NCBI GenBank assembly: GCA_016715285.1
Contig: JADKAO010000001.1
Span: 85,307 to 117,306, forward strand
Length of the DNA stretch: 32,000 bases
Reading direction: 5' to 3'
Source of the DNA: Actinomycetales bacterium
GTDB taxonomy: Bacteria > Actinomycetota > Actinomycetes > Actinomycetales > Dermatophilaceae
Shown: in pieces, positions 8,908-16,923 of the stretch
How positions within the stretch are numbered: the first letter of the stretch is position 1
How the letters are laid out: the number at the start of each line of letters is the position of its first letter
Notes under the pieces: model-generated
What the model was told of the DNA's origin: nothing
The model's database searches: none
Seen by the model: the letters and a program-made list of their open reading frames with translations, nothing else
Made by a program: the position numbers and the translations under genes

Positions 8908-8937
8908 TATGCATGCAAGATATGCTGAATGCATGCC
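8908..8937. promoter_or_regulatory. Direct repeats of ATGCATGC spaced 20 bp apart (8909-8916 and 8929-8936), candidate RHH-antitoxin operator
   Basis: Read directly. The first copy is part of the palindrome TGCATGCA. The second copy contains the vapB ATG (8933). Confidence 0.3.
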
Positions 8938-9157
8938 AACTATTCAGGTGCGCAATGTGCCGGAGGAGACCAGCCGTGCGCTGAAGGCTCGGGCGGCGCT
9001 CGAAGGACGCTCGCTCAGTGACTACCTCCTCGGGGAACTGCAACGGATCGCCGCCAGGCCCACGCGCGTTGAGTTGTTGGAGCGGATCGCTTCCCGTGGG
9101 ATCCGTGACCTCCCACCTGCAGAGGACATGCTCGCGGAGCAACGTCCGGTCCGATGA
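8933..9157 (+). CDS. vapB: Ribbon-helix-helix (FitA/Arc-like) VapB antitoxin
   Basis: Last 74 codons of listed ORF 8180..9157. MPTIQVRNVPEETSRALKARAALEGRSLSDYLLGELQRIA is a typical RHH antitoxin N-terminus. The stop overlaps the vapC start. Confidence 0.75.
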   Translation: MPTIQVRNVPEETSRALKARAALEGRSLSDYLLGELQRIAARPTRVELLERIASRGIRDLPPAEDMLAEQRPVR

Positions 9158-9537
9158 CCCTGGTTGTTGACGCATCGGCCTGCGCCGAAATCCTCCTGAA
9201 CACCCAGCGTGGACTCCGAGCAGCCGCGAAGCTCGGCGACCACCACCTCATCGCTCCGGATCACCTCACGGCCGAGGTTGCCTCGGTCATGCGGGGGTGG
9301 TCCCTTCGTGGACATCTCGCAGACGCCGAGCCGCTTCAGGCATTCAGTGCCTTCCACCAACTGGGGATCGAACAGGTGGCCATGAGCGATTTCCTACCTG
9401 CAGTCTGGGCGCTGAGGCACAACCTCACGGCATACGACGCCTTGTATGTCGTGCTCGCTCGCGCTGCGGGCTGTCCCCTGCTGAGTCTGGATGCCCGGCT
9501 CGCAGCCGCAGCCCCCGACTGCGTTGTCACGCCCTGA
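9154..9537 (+). CDS. vapC: PIN-domain toxin VapC
   Basis: Motifs MTLVVDASACAEILL and TAYDALYVVLARAAGCPLLSLDARL carry the PIN acidic residues. ATGA overlap with vapB. Confidence 0.8.
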   Translation: MTLVVDASACAEILLNTQRGLRAAAKLGDHHLIAPDHLTAEVASVMRGWSLRGHLADAEPLQAFSAFHQLGIEQVAMSDFLPAVWALRHNLTAYDALYVVLARAAGCPLLSLDARLAAAAPDCVVTP

Positions 9538-9574
9538 ACGGACTCGTCGAAAGCCGGCCCCGGGCAATCGGGCG

Positions 9575-10819
9575 ATGGGGGAGAATGCCGGGGTGAGTGA
9601 GCCCCGCAACGTCACCCTGCTGGGGTCGACTGGATCCATCGGCACCCAGGCCATCGAGGTCATTGCCGCCAACCCGGGTCGGTTCCGCGTCGACGGGCTC
9701 ACCGCGGGCGGCGGCAACCTCGCCCTGCTCGCCCAGCAAGCCGTCGCGCTCGACGCCGACGTCATCGGCGTCGCCCACGCCGACCCCGCCGAAGTCCGCG
9801 CAGCGATCGCCGACGCGGCCCGAGAAGCCGGGCGGACGGCATACACGCCCGAGGTTGTGACCGGACCCCACGCCAACGATGAGGTCGCCGCGCGCCCCGT
9901 GGACGTCGTCCTTAACGGCATCACCGGCTCGATCGGGCTCACCCCCACCCTCGCCGCGCTCACCGCAGGCAACACGCTCGCCCTGGCCAACAAGGAATCC
10001 CTCATCGTCGGCGGCCAACTCGTCACCGCCGCAGCGCAGCGACCCGATCAGATCATCCCCGTCGACTCCGAGCACAGCGCGATCGCCCAGTGCCTGCGCG
10101 GCGGTCGCACCGACGAGGTACGTCGCCTCGTCATCACCGCAAGTGGGGGACCGTTCCGCGGGCGCACGCGCGAGCAACTTCACAACGTCACGCCCGCCGA
10201 GGCGCTCGCGCACCCCAACTTCGCGATGGGGCGCGTGGTGACGACCAACAGCGCGACCCTCGTCAACAAGGGGCTTGAGGTCATCGAGGCGCACTTGCTC
10301 TTTGGCATCCCGTTCGAGCGGATCACGACGGTCGTCCACCCGCAGCAGCAAATCCACTCGATGGTCGAGTTCCACGACGGGTCGACCATCGCCCAGGCCG
10401 GACCGCCGCGCATGCTGGTCCCGATCGCCCTCGGTCTCTCCTGGCCGGATCGCCTCGCCGACGTCGACGAACCCTGCGACTGGACCCGCGCGCAGTCATG
10501 GGACTTCTTCCCGCTCGACGGCGACGCCTTCCCCTCCGTGCCCCTCGCGTATGCCGTGGGCGCTGCGGGCGGCACGATGCCCGCGGTCTACAACGCGGCC
10601 AACGAGGTCTGCGTGGACGCCTTCCACGACGGGCGGATCCGCTTCACCGACATTGTGGACACGATCGCGCGCGTGGTCGATCACCACCGCGACGGCAACC
10701 CCGAGCAGGTATGCCGGGCCGGCACCGGAATCGAAACGCCGGCCCTGGACGTTGAGCGGGTGCTGCGCGCAGACTCGTGGGCGCGGCACGAAGCCCGGCG
10801 CGTGCTGGGTCTGGGTTAA
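9575..10819 (+). CDS. dxr: 1-deoxy-D-xylulose 5-phosphate reductoisomerase
   Basis: Motifs LLGSTGSIGTQA, LANKESLI, PVDSEHSAI and NKGLEVIEAH. ATG at 9575 (alternative GTG at 9593). The listed ORF start at 9491 overlaps vapC. Confidence 0.9.
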   Translation: MGENAGVSEPRNVTLLGSTGSIGTQAIEVIAANPGRFRVDGLTAGGGNLALLAQQAVALDADVIGVAHADPAEVRAAIADAAREAGRTAYTPEVVTGPHANDEVAARPVDVVLNGITGSIGLTPTLAALTAGNTLALANKESLIVGGQLVTAAAQRPDQIIPVDSEHSAIAQCLRGGRTDEVRRLVITASGGPFRGRTREQLHNVTPAEALAHPNFAMGRVVTTNSATLVNKGLEVIEAHLLFGIPFERITTVVHPQQQIHSMVEFHDGSTIAQAGPPRMLVPIALGLSWPDRLADVDEPCDWTRAQSWDFFPLDGDAFPSVPLAYAVGAAGGTMPAVYNAANEVCVDAFHDGRIRFTDIVDTIARVVDHHRDGNPEQVCRAGTGIETPALDVERVLRADSWARHEARRVLGLG

Positions 10820-10829
10820 GGAGTTCGGC

Positions 10830-12176
10830 GTGACCTCGCTGGTGTATCTGCTCGGTGTCCTCGCCGTCGTGGCGCTGATCGGGCTCTCGATCGCGCTGCA
10901 CGAGTTGGGGCACCTCGTGCCGGCCAAACGCTTTGGTGTGCGGTGCACGAAGTACATGATCGGGTTTGGTCCGACGGTGTGGTCGCGGGTGCGCGGAGAC
11001 ACGGAGTACGGGATCAAGGCGATCCCGCTCGGCGGCTACGTCAAAATGATCGGCATGATCCCGCCGCGGCCGGGGGATGCGCCAGGGCAATTGCGGTCAA
11101 CCACCACTGGCCGGATGTCGATTGTTGAGCAGGCTCGCGCCGACTCCATGGACGAGATCGAGCCGGGCGACGAGGACCGGGTGTTTTACAAGCTCCCGGT
11201 GCACAAGAAGATCATCGTCATGCTCGGCGGGCCGTTCATGAACCTCGCCCTCGCTGTCGTGCTGTTGACAGTGCTCGTGAGCGGCATCGGGCTGCCGACG
11301 ACGGTGCCCAAGCTCGGCAGTGTCGCTCAGTGCGTGCCATCCGCCGCACCGACTGTTGCCAAGCCGCAGCCGGAGTGCGCCGTCGGTGATGCCGCGCCGC
11401 CGTCGGTTGCTGCTGGTTTGCGGGCGGGGGACCGGATCGTCGAGGTCAACGGCACCCCCGTGACCTTGTGGTCTGAAGTGACGACGAAGATCCGTGCTGC
11501 TGCCGGGCAGACGATGACGTTGACGGTCGAGCGCACCGGCGAGCGGCTCACGGTCTCGGCGCCGATAGTGGGAGTGGAGCGGGCGGCATACACTCCCGAA
11601 GGCAAAGTGCGCCTCAACCCCGACGGGACCGTGCTGACCGAGCGCGTCGGGTTCTTGGGCGCGACCGCGACTGCGGACTATGTTGCGCTGCCGGTGACCG
11701 AGGTGCCAATGGTGTTTGGTCGCCTGGTGTCGACTGTTGCCTCAGCATTGGGGACCTTCCCCGAAAAGCTCGTGGGAGTCGCTAAAACCCTTGCTGGACA
11801 GGCTGATCGGGACCCTGAGGGCCCTGTCTCTGTCGTGGGGATCGGTCGCGTCGGCGGTGAAATTGCGACGGGCGCGGTGGCGTCGGACGGGCCCAAGGGA
11901 ATGATCTACCAGTTCATTTGGCTCGTGCTCGGGCTCAATCTGATGCTCTTCTTCTTCAACCTGCTCCCGGTCCTCCCGCTCGACGGCGGCCAAGTCGTCG
12001 GCGCGGTCTGGGAGGGCATCAAACGCACGTGGGCGCGCGTCACCGGGCGCCCTGACCCGGGTTACGTCGACGTCGCCAAGGGCCTTCCCATCGCGTATGC
12101 CGTGTCGATCCTGCTCATCGGCATGACCCTCATGCTCGCGGTGGCCGACCTGGTCAAACCCATCAGCCTGGGTTAG
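10830..12176 (+). CDS. rseP: Site-2 (M50) zinc metalloprotease RseP/Rip1
   Basis: HELGH zinc motif, a PDZ-like middle region and NLLPVLPLDGG. GTG at 10830 is preceded by AAGGAG. The first 185 codons of listed ORF 10275..12176 are an off-frame shadow of dxr. Confidence 0.85.
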   Translation: MTSLVYLLGVLAVVALIGLSIALHELGHLVPAKRFGVRCTKYMIGFGPTVWSRVRGDTEYGIKAIPLGGYVKMIGMIPPRPGDAPGQLRSTTTGRMSIVEQARADSMDEIEPGDEDRVFYKLPVHKKIIVMLGGPFMNLALAVVLLTVLVSGIGLPTTVPKLGSVAQCVPSAAPTVAKPQPECAVGDAAPPSVAAGLRAGDRIVEVNGTPVTLWSEVTTKIRAAAGQTMTLTVERTGERLTVSAPIVGVERAAYTPEGKVRLNPDGTVLTERVGFLGATATADYVALPVTEVPMVFGRLVSTVASALGTFPEKLVGVAKTLAGQADRDPEGPVSVVGIGRVGGEIATGAVASDGPKGMIYQFIWLVLGLNLMLFFFNLLPVLPLDGGQVVGAVWEGIKRTWARVTGRPDPGYVDVAKGLPIAYAVSILLIGMTLMLAVADLVKPISLG

Positions 12177-12372
12177 CTGCGGCACTTAGTACTGGCCGCG
12201 TCCGTCTCCTGCTGCCGGACGATGTATTACCCGAACGCCAAGAGCACCTCGGCGTTGGGTATTGAATCGCGAAAGGCGACCCGAGGACTAACCTGGCTCG
12301 ATGGGGACTGGTGAGCAGCGCGAGGGCGCGTCGATGGTCGATCGGGAGGCTGGCAAACAGGAGGACTCCGTC

Positions 12373-12531
12373 ATGGGTCTCTCCAGCCTTCCGCTCCGTT
12401 CGGCCGCAGAACGACATGCCTCACTTCAAGCGGCTGCCGGGATTCTCGCCGGGGCACCTCCTCACGAATGGGATGAGGACACCGCGGCTTGGGTTCGAAC
12501 CACTCGGCGAAGCGGCGGACGGGAAGGCTAA
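12373..12531 (+). CDS. Candidate small ORF (52 aa) of unknown function
   Basis: ATG at 12373 lies 7 nt after a strong AGGAGGA (12359-12365). Third-position GC is only about 54%, well below neighbouring genes, and I recognise no family. It may be non-coding. Confidence 0.2.
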   Translation: MGLSSLPLRSAAERHASLQAAAGILAGAPPHEWDEDTAAWVRTTRRSGGREG

Positions 12532-13391
12532 GAGCCGGCGGCGAAGTGGGCGAGGTCGGACTCGGTGCCGAAGAACACGTCGCGGTCAAGATTGGCCTCG
12601 ACGCCACGTTGCCAGATCGTTGGCCGTGACCACCCTGCTGGCCACGGCCCGACTGGACCATCGTGGTCAAAGAGCCAGAGCGGGTTAGTCGCGCCAACCG
12701 AACGATCGTCGGCGAGGCACTGCGCCCACAGGTCAGCTCGGACATAGATCAGTGGGACCCGCGTGGTGAGGCGTCTGTATTCGGCTGAGAAGTCCTTGAC
12801 CCAGGCGACCAACTGCGCAGGCGTCATCCCGTAGCAGGGGTCGCCACTGGTGTTCCGCTCGAGGTCGAGCGCCCCCGGGAGGGTGTGTCCGTCGGTGCTC
12901 CAGCCGCCGCTCACCGTGACGAAGTGTCGGGCCTGCACGGTTCCGGACGACGACGATGGTCGCGCATAGTGATAGGCCCCGACCTTCATGCCGACGGCTC
13001 GCGCTGCGTCGCGCTGGGCGGCATACAGGGGGCTGCGCCAGGTCGCGCCCTCGGTGGCTTTGACAATCGCGAATCGATGGCCGCTGGCCCACAATCCCGC
13101 CCAGTCGACCGTGCGTTGATACGGCGAGACATCAACACCTGCAACGGTCGGGCCGGTCCGCCAGTCAGGTGCCGGATCGGAGGAGGTCGTCGCCGAGGAA
13201 GTCGGCGCAGAGGGAGTCGATGAGGGGGCGTTCGCGGGCAGGGTTGCCGGGACCGTCGAGGGAACGCTTGGCGACTGGGACGCGACAGTAGGTGCGGACG
13301 GCGATCCCACACACCCAGAAAGGGCACTACCCAGGACGAGGACACCGAGCCAGCGGGACGGCATACCTCGCCTTTGTGCAGGCGCCCTCAC
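12528..13391 (-). CDS. GH25 muramidase (lysozyme), lipoprotein
   Basis: Lipobox LSGC after a hydrophobic signal, then a Ser/Pro/Thr linker. The GH25 signature is GVDVSPYQRTVDWAGLWASGHRFAIVKATEG. GTG at 13391 overlaps the upstream stop (GTGA). An alternative ATG lies at 13364. Confidence 0.8.
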   Translation of the reverse strand: MRAPAQRRGMPSRWLGVLVLGSALSGCVGSPSAPTVASQSPSVPSTVPATLPANAPSSTPSAPTSSATTSSDPAPDWRTGPTVAGVDVSPYQRTVDWAGLWASGHRFAIVKATEGATWRSPLYAAQRDAARAVGMKVGAYHYARPSSSSGTVQARHFVTVSGGWSTDGHTLPGALDLERNTSGDPCYGMTPAQLVAWVKDFSAEYRRLTTRVPLIYVRADLWAQCLADDRSVGATNPLWLFDHDGPVGPWPAGWSRPTIWQRGVEANLDRDVFFGTESDLAHFAAGS

Positions 13392-14029
13392 GGCATCGAC
13401 AGGCGGGCCGCCTTGATCGCCGCCACCGCACTACTCGGTCCGTCGAAGCTCACCTGAGCGACGTCCTTGCGGCCGTAGGAGAACAGCGCCAACTCGCTGA
13501 CCGGACCCTTGATGACGACGGTCCCTGCCTGGCCCGGACCATGGGCAGGGTGCTGGATCCGCAGCGGGGTCTCGAGGATGACGCCCACTTCGGCACGCCG
13601 ATAGAGCAACATCGAGGCCTGCACGAGCGCACCCCAGACGGTGACTTCGTGACCCGGAGTCAACACTCGTGGACGCCAATCCGGTTGCGCGCGAAGGACA
13701 TCCTCATGATGGATGAAGAACTCCATGGTGTTGATCGCCTGGTCGATGAGCGACAGTTTGGCGGGCGTCCACTTGGGTGGACCGTTGCGCACATCGGTGA
13801 CGAGTGCCTCGAAGTCACCTTGCGCCATGGACTCGGTGGCGCTGTCGAGGCGCCCTTCGAGCGGCTTGATGAGCATGCCGATGGCGAGGTCTGGGCGAGT
13901 CTCACGGATGCGCAGGTGGGCCGCGAGCTCACGGGTGCGCCAGGGGTGGCACAGCGTCGGTGCGTCGGGGCCGAGCCGCAGCATGAGGTCGCAGAGGGCG
14001 TGGCGCTCGGCCTGGGCGTAGTTGGTCAT
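13388..14029 (-). CDS. DinB/mycothiol-dependent maleylpyruvate-isomerase-like metal-binding protein (TIGR03085-type)
   Basis: The N-terminus AERHALCDLMLRLGPDAPTLCHPWRTRELAAHLRIRE matches my memory of this family. ATG at 14029 is internal to listed ORF 13388..14077. Confidence 0.6.
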   Translation of the reverse strand: MTNYAQAERHALCDLMLRLGPDAPTLCHPWRTRELAAHLRIRETRPDLAIGMLIKPLEGRLDSATESMAQGDFEALVTDVRNGPPKWTPAKLSLIDQAINTMEFFIHHEDVLRAQPDWRPRVLTPGHEVTVWGALVQASMLLYRRAEVGVILETPLRIQHPAHGPGQAGTVVIKGPVSELALFSYGRKDVAQVSFDGPSSAVAAIKAARLSMP

Positions 14030-14135
14030 CGCATCCTCGTGACATCGGGCGCGCGGGCGGCTCTTGGGGTGACGCACGCGGCGGGGCTCGGAAAACCGAT
14101 CGTGTCACACTCCCGCAGCCGTCTATCGTGACGGG

Positions 14136-15182
14136 GTGATTGAGCTCGTCCGCCCTGATGTCGCCCGCCACCGCGAGTGGCTCGACCTCATCGCCGATTA
14201 TGACCGGCCTGGGCTCGACGGGGGCGGCCTCGCCGACGGCGAGATCGCGGCGATGGCCGACCCGCAGACCTTCGCCGACTACGTCCAGGGCATGCTCGAC
14301 CACGAGGTCGGCCGCAATGTGCCCGAAGGGCGGGTCGCGAGCACCAGCCGGTGGGGAGTGCGCGACGGCGAGATTGTGGGCGTTGTCAACCTGCGGCACG
14401 AACTCACCGACTTCCTCCTCCAGCAGGGCGGCCACATTGGGTATGCCGTCCGCGTCAGCGCGCGCCGCCAGGGCATCGCGAGCGAGTTGCTGCGACGGAT
14501 GCTCGCCGAGGCTGCGGCGTTGGGAATCAACCCGGTCCTCGTGACGTGCGACGAAGAGAACGAGGGCTCGCGGCGCACCATCGAGGGGGCTGGTGGGGTG
14601 TATGACGGGTCGTATGAGGGCAAGCGCCGCTATTGGATCACGTTGTCGGACAAGCCCATGGGGTATGCCGTGCGCCCACTATCGACCGCGCCCCTGTTGG
14701 GTCGGTTGGTGGAGTTGCGTCCGGTGACTGAGGCGTTGGCTGCCGCGGTTAAAGCCGGGGAGGCCCAGCCGGATTGGGCTCCGGACTTCCCTCGTGACGA
14801 CGACCTGGTGGCGCTCGCGATGCACGGTGTCGACGGCACGCCCTCGCAGGTGTGGGGGAGTCGACTCGTGGTCCGCCGCGCCGATCATCAAGTCGTCGGT
14901 TCGCTGGGTTTTTACGGCCCGCCGGACGAGCGCGGCGGCGTTGAGATCGGTTACGGCCTCGTGGAGTCAGCTCGAGGACAGGGACTCATCACCGACGCCC
15001 TACGCCTCGCCGTCCCAGCCGCCGAAGCCGCGGGCGCCTGGGTTCAAGCGCACACGGCATACGACAATGTGGCGAGCCGACGCGCCCTGCTGAGCGCGGG
15101 TTTCGTCGAAACCGGTGCAGTCAACGACTCGGGCGAGGCGCGCTTTGCGCGACCAGGTGCCCCACGGGAGGTGAGCTCGTGA
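14136..15182 (+). CDS. Tandem GNAT N-acetyltransferase (two acetyltransferase domains)
   Basis: The N-terminal half has HIGYAVRVSARRQGIASELLRRML, and the C-terminal half has EIGYGLVESARGQGLITDALRL. Both are acetyl-CoA-binding Q/RxxGxG/A-type motifs. Confidence 0.75.
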   Translation: MIELVRPDVARHREWLDLIADYDRPGLDGGGLADGEIAAMADPQTFADYVQGMLDHEVGRNVPEGRVASTSRWGVRDGEIVGVVNLRHELTDFLLQQGGHIGYAVRVSARRQGIASELLRRMLAEAAALGINPVLVTCDEENEGSRRTIEGAGGVYDGSYEGKRRYWITLSDKPMGYAVRPLSTAPLLGRLVELRPVTEALAAAVKAGEAQPDWAPDFPRDDDLVALAMHGVDGTPSQVWGSRLVVRRADHQVVGSLGFYGPPDERGGVEIGYGLVESARGQGLITDALRLAVPAAEAAGAWVQAHTAYDNVASRRALLSAGFVETGAVNDSGEARFARPGAPREVSS

Positions 15183-16144
15183 GCATTCTGGAGGCGCGCG
15201 ACCTGCGCCGTTCCTTCACCTCCACGTCCGGCATGCTCCGACGCCACCGCAAGGAGACCGAGGCCGTCAAAGGCGTGACCTTCGACATCGAGCGCGGTGA
15301 GGTCTTCGGGCTGCTGGGGCCCAACGGTGCCGGCAAGACGACGACGATCAAGATGCTCATCACGCTGCTGCTCCCGACCTCCGGGAGTGCGTCGATCCTG
15401 GGTTATGACGTCGTTGACGACGCTCGCGAGGTGCGGCGGCGGATCGGCTATGTCTTCGGCGGGGATCGTGGTCTCTACGAACGGCTTTCGGCGCTGGACA
15501 ACCTGCGATATTTCGCCGAGTTGTATGCCGTGCCCGCCCGGGAACAGAAGGCCCGGATCGGCGAGCTGCTCGAACTCGTCGGGCTGTCGGGCAGGGAAGG
15601 CGAACGGGTAGAAGGCTTTTCGCGTGGGATGCGCCAACGGCTGCATATCGCGCGCGGACTGCTGCATGATCCGGACCTGCTCTTCCTCGACGAGCCATCG
15701 CTCGGCATCGACCCGGTCGGGGCGCGTGAGTTGCGGCAGACGATCGCGAGCCTGCGCACCCAAGGCAAGACGATCCTGCTCACGACGCACTACATGTTCG
15801 AGGCCGATGAGTTATGCGACCGGATCGCAGTCATCCGCCAGGGTGAGCTCGTTGCAGAAGGCACGCCAGCGCAACTCAAACAGCGGGTCACTGCGGGTTC
15901 GGTGCTGGAGATCGACACCTTCGGCGGGGTGCAGGACCGGCTGGAGCGCGTCCTCGCCGTGCCGCACGTCAGGTCAGCGACGGTTGATGTGCGCGCCCAA
16001 GCCGAGACCCTCGTCGTGGCACTCGACTCGGGGTCGGACGTGACGGCCGCGGTCCTCGCCGCGCTGGACGGCATACCCCTGGGTCGGGTCGTGGCCCGTG
16101 AGCCGACGCTGGAAGACGCCTACGTCGAGTTGGTGTCCTCGTGA
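15179..16144 (+). CDS. ABC transporter ATP-binding protein (DrrA / ABC-2 exporter type)
   Basis: Walker A GPNGAGKTT, signature FSRGMRQRL and Walker B LLFLDEPSLGID. GTGA overlap with the GNAT gene. Confidence 0.9.
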   Translation: MSILEARDLRRSFTSTSGMLRRHRKETEAVKGVTFDIERGEVFGLLGPNGAGKTTTIKMLITLLLPTSGSASILGYDVVDDAREVRRRIGYVFGGDRGLYERLSALDNLRYFAELYAVPAREQKARIGELLELVGLSGREGERVEGFSRGMRQRLHIARGLLHDPDLLFLDEPSLGIDPVGARELRQTIASLRTQGKTILLTTHYMFEADELCDRIAVIRQGELVAEGTPAQLKQRVTAGSVLEIDTFGGVQDRLERVLAVPHVRSATVDVRAQAETLVVALDSGSDVTAAVLAALDGIPLGRVVAREPTLEDAYVELVSS

Positions 16145-16923
16145 CCGGGTTGCGGTCCGCGGTCCGCGTGCTCGTCATGGGCTGGTGGCTGCAGCTGAAG
16201 ATCGTGGCAGTCAACGCCTTTGATGGCGTGCTCAATATCGTCTATCCGCTGTTCTTCGCGACCACCGCGTTGCTGATGTACCGCCAGTCCGGCAGCCCGC
16301 AAGCCCTCGTGTATGCCGCCCTCGGTGCTGCGGTCATGGGCACCTGGTCGGCGATGGCGACCTCGGCCAGCGGCGCGCTGCAGAGCCAACGCTGGCAGGG
16401 GACGTTGGAGTTGCTCGTCTCGTCGCCGACCCGGATGGCGCTCGCAATCCTGCCGATCACTGCCGCACTCGCGACCGTGGCGCTCTATTCGCTTGTCGCG
16501 ACCCTCGTCTGGGGGCGGGTCGTCTTTGGCATCGAGGTGCCGATCGTGAGCCCGCTCGCTTTCGGTGCCGCGCTCCTGGTGACACTGGCCTCGCTCGCGA
16601 CCTTTGGCTTCTTACTCTCGGTGACTGTCGTGCGTTATCGCACGGGCTGGGCGCTCGGGAACCTGCTCGAATACCCAGGCTGGCTGCTGTGCGGCTTCCT
16701 TGTCCCGATGGACCTCTTCCCGACCTGGGTGCAATGGATCGCCCGCGCTCTGCCACCCACCTGGGGCATGGATGCGATCCGCGCCGCGGCCTCTGGGGCG
16801 AGTCCGTGGCGCGACATCGCCGTGTGCGGCGCGCTCGGACTCGGGTATGCCGTCCTCGGCACGTACTTGTCGGAGCGGCTGCTCGACTCGGCTCGCCGGC
16901 ACGGCACCTTGGCGCTGACATGA
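16141..16923 (+). CDS. ABC-2 type transporter permease
   Basis: 260 aa with about 6 TM segments. GTGA overlap with the ATPase gene. Confidence 0.8.
   Translation: MTGLRSAVRVLVMGWWLQLKIVAVNAFDGVLNIVYPLFFATTALLMYRQSGSPQALVYAALGAAVMGTWSAMATSASGALQSQRWQGTLELLVSSPTRMALAILPITAALATVALYSLVATLVWGRVVFGIEVPIVSPLAFGAALLVTLASLATFGFLLSVTVVRYRTGWALGNLLEYPGWLLCGFLVPMDLFPTWVQWIARALPPTWGMDAIRAAASGASPWRDIAVCGALGLGYAVLGTYLSERLLDSARRHGTLALT

Noticed and set aside
8180-8932. Front part of the 325-aa + strand ORF across the TA island
   Set aside because: It is antisense to the well-supported phd-vapC pair and has no recognisable domains. Only the last 74 codons (vapB, from 8933) look real.
10275-10829. N-terminal 185 codons of the 633-aa ORF, which would make a giant RseP
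   Set aside because: This part overlaps dxr out of frame and is Arg/Ser/Pro-rich. A GTG at 10830 with an AAGGAG upstream gives the canonical M50 protease N-terminus.
12492-12501. GGTTCGAACC, reminiscent of a tRNA T-arm/T-loop
   Set aside because: The flanks do not form a 5-bp T-stem, and no acceptor, D or anticodon arms can be drawn. It is just a 10-bp palindrome.
14030-14135. Repeated TCGTGAC / GTGACA-TGTCAC words in the divergent spacer between the DinB-like and GNAT genes
   Set aside because: The words are only 6-7 nt with irregular spacing, which is too short to separate from chance without comparative data.
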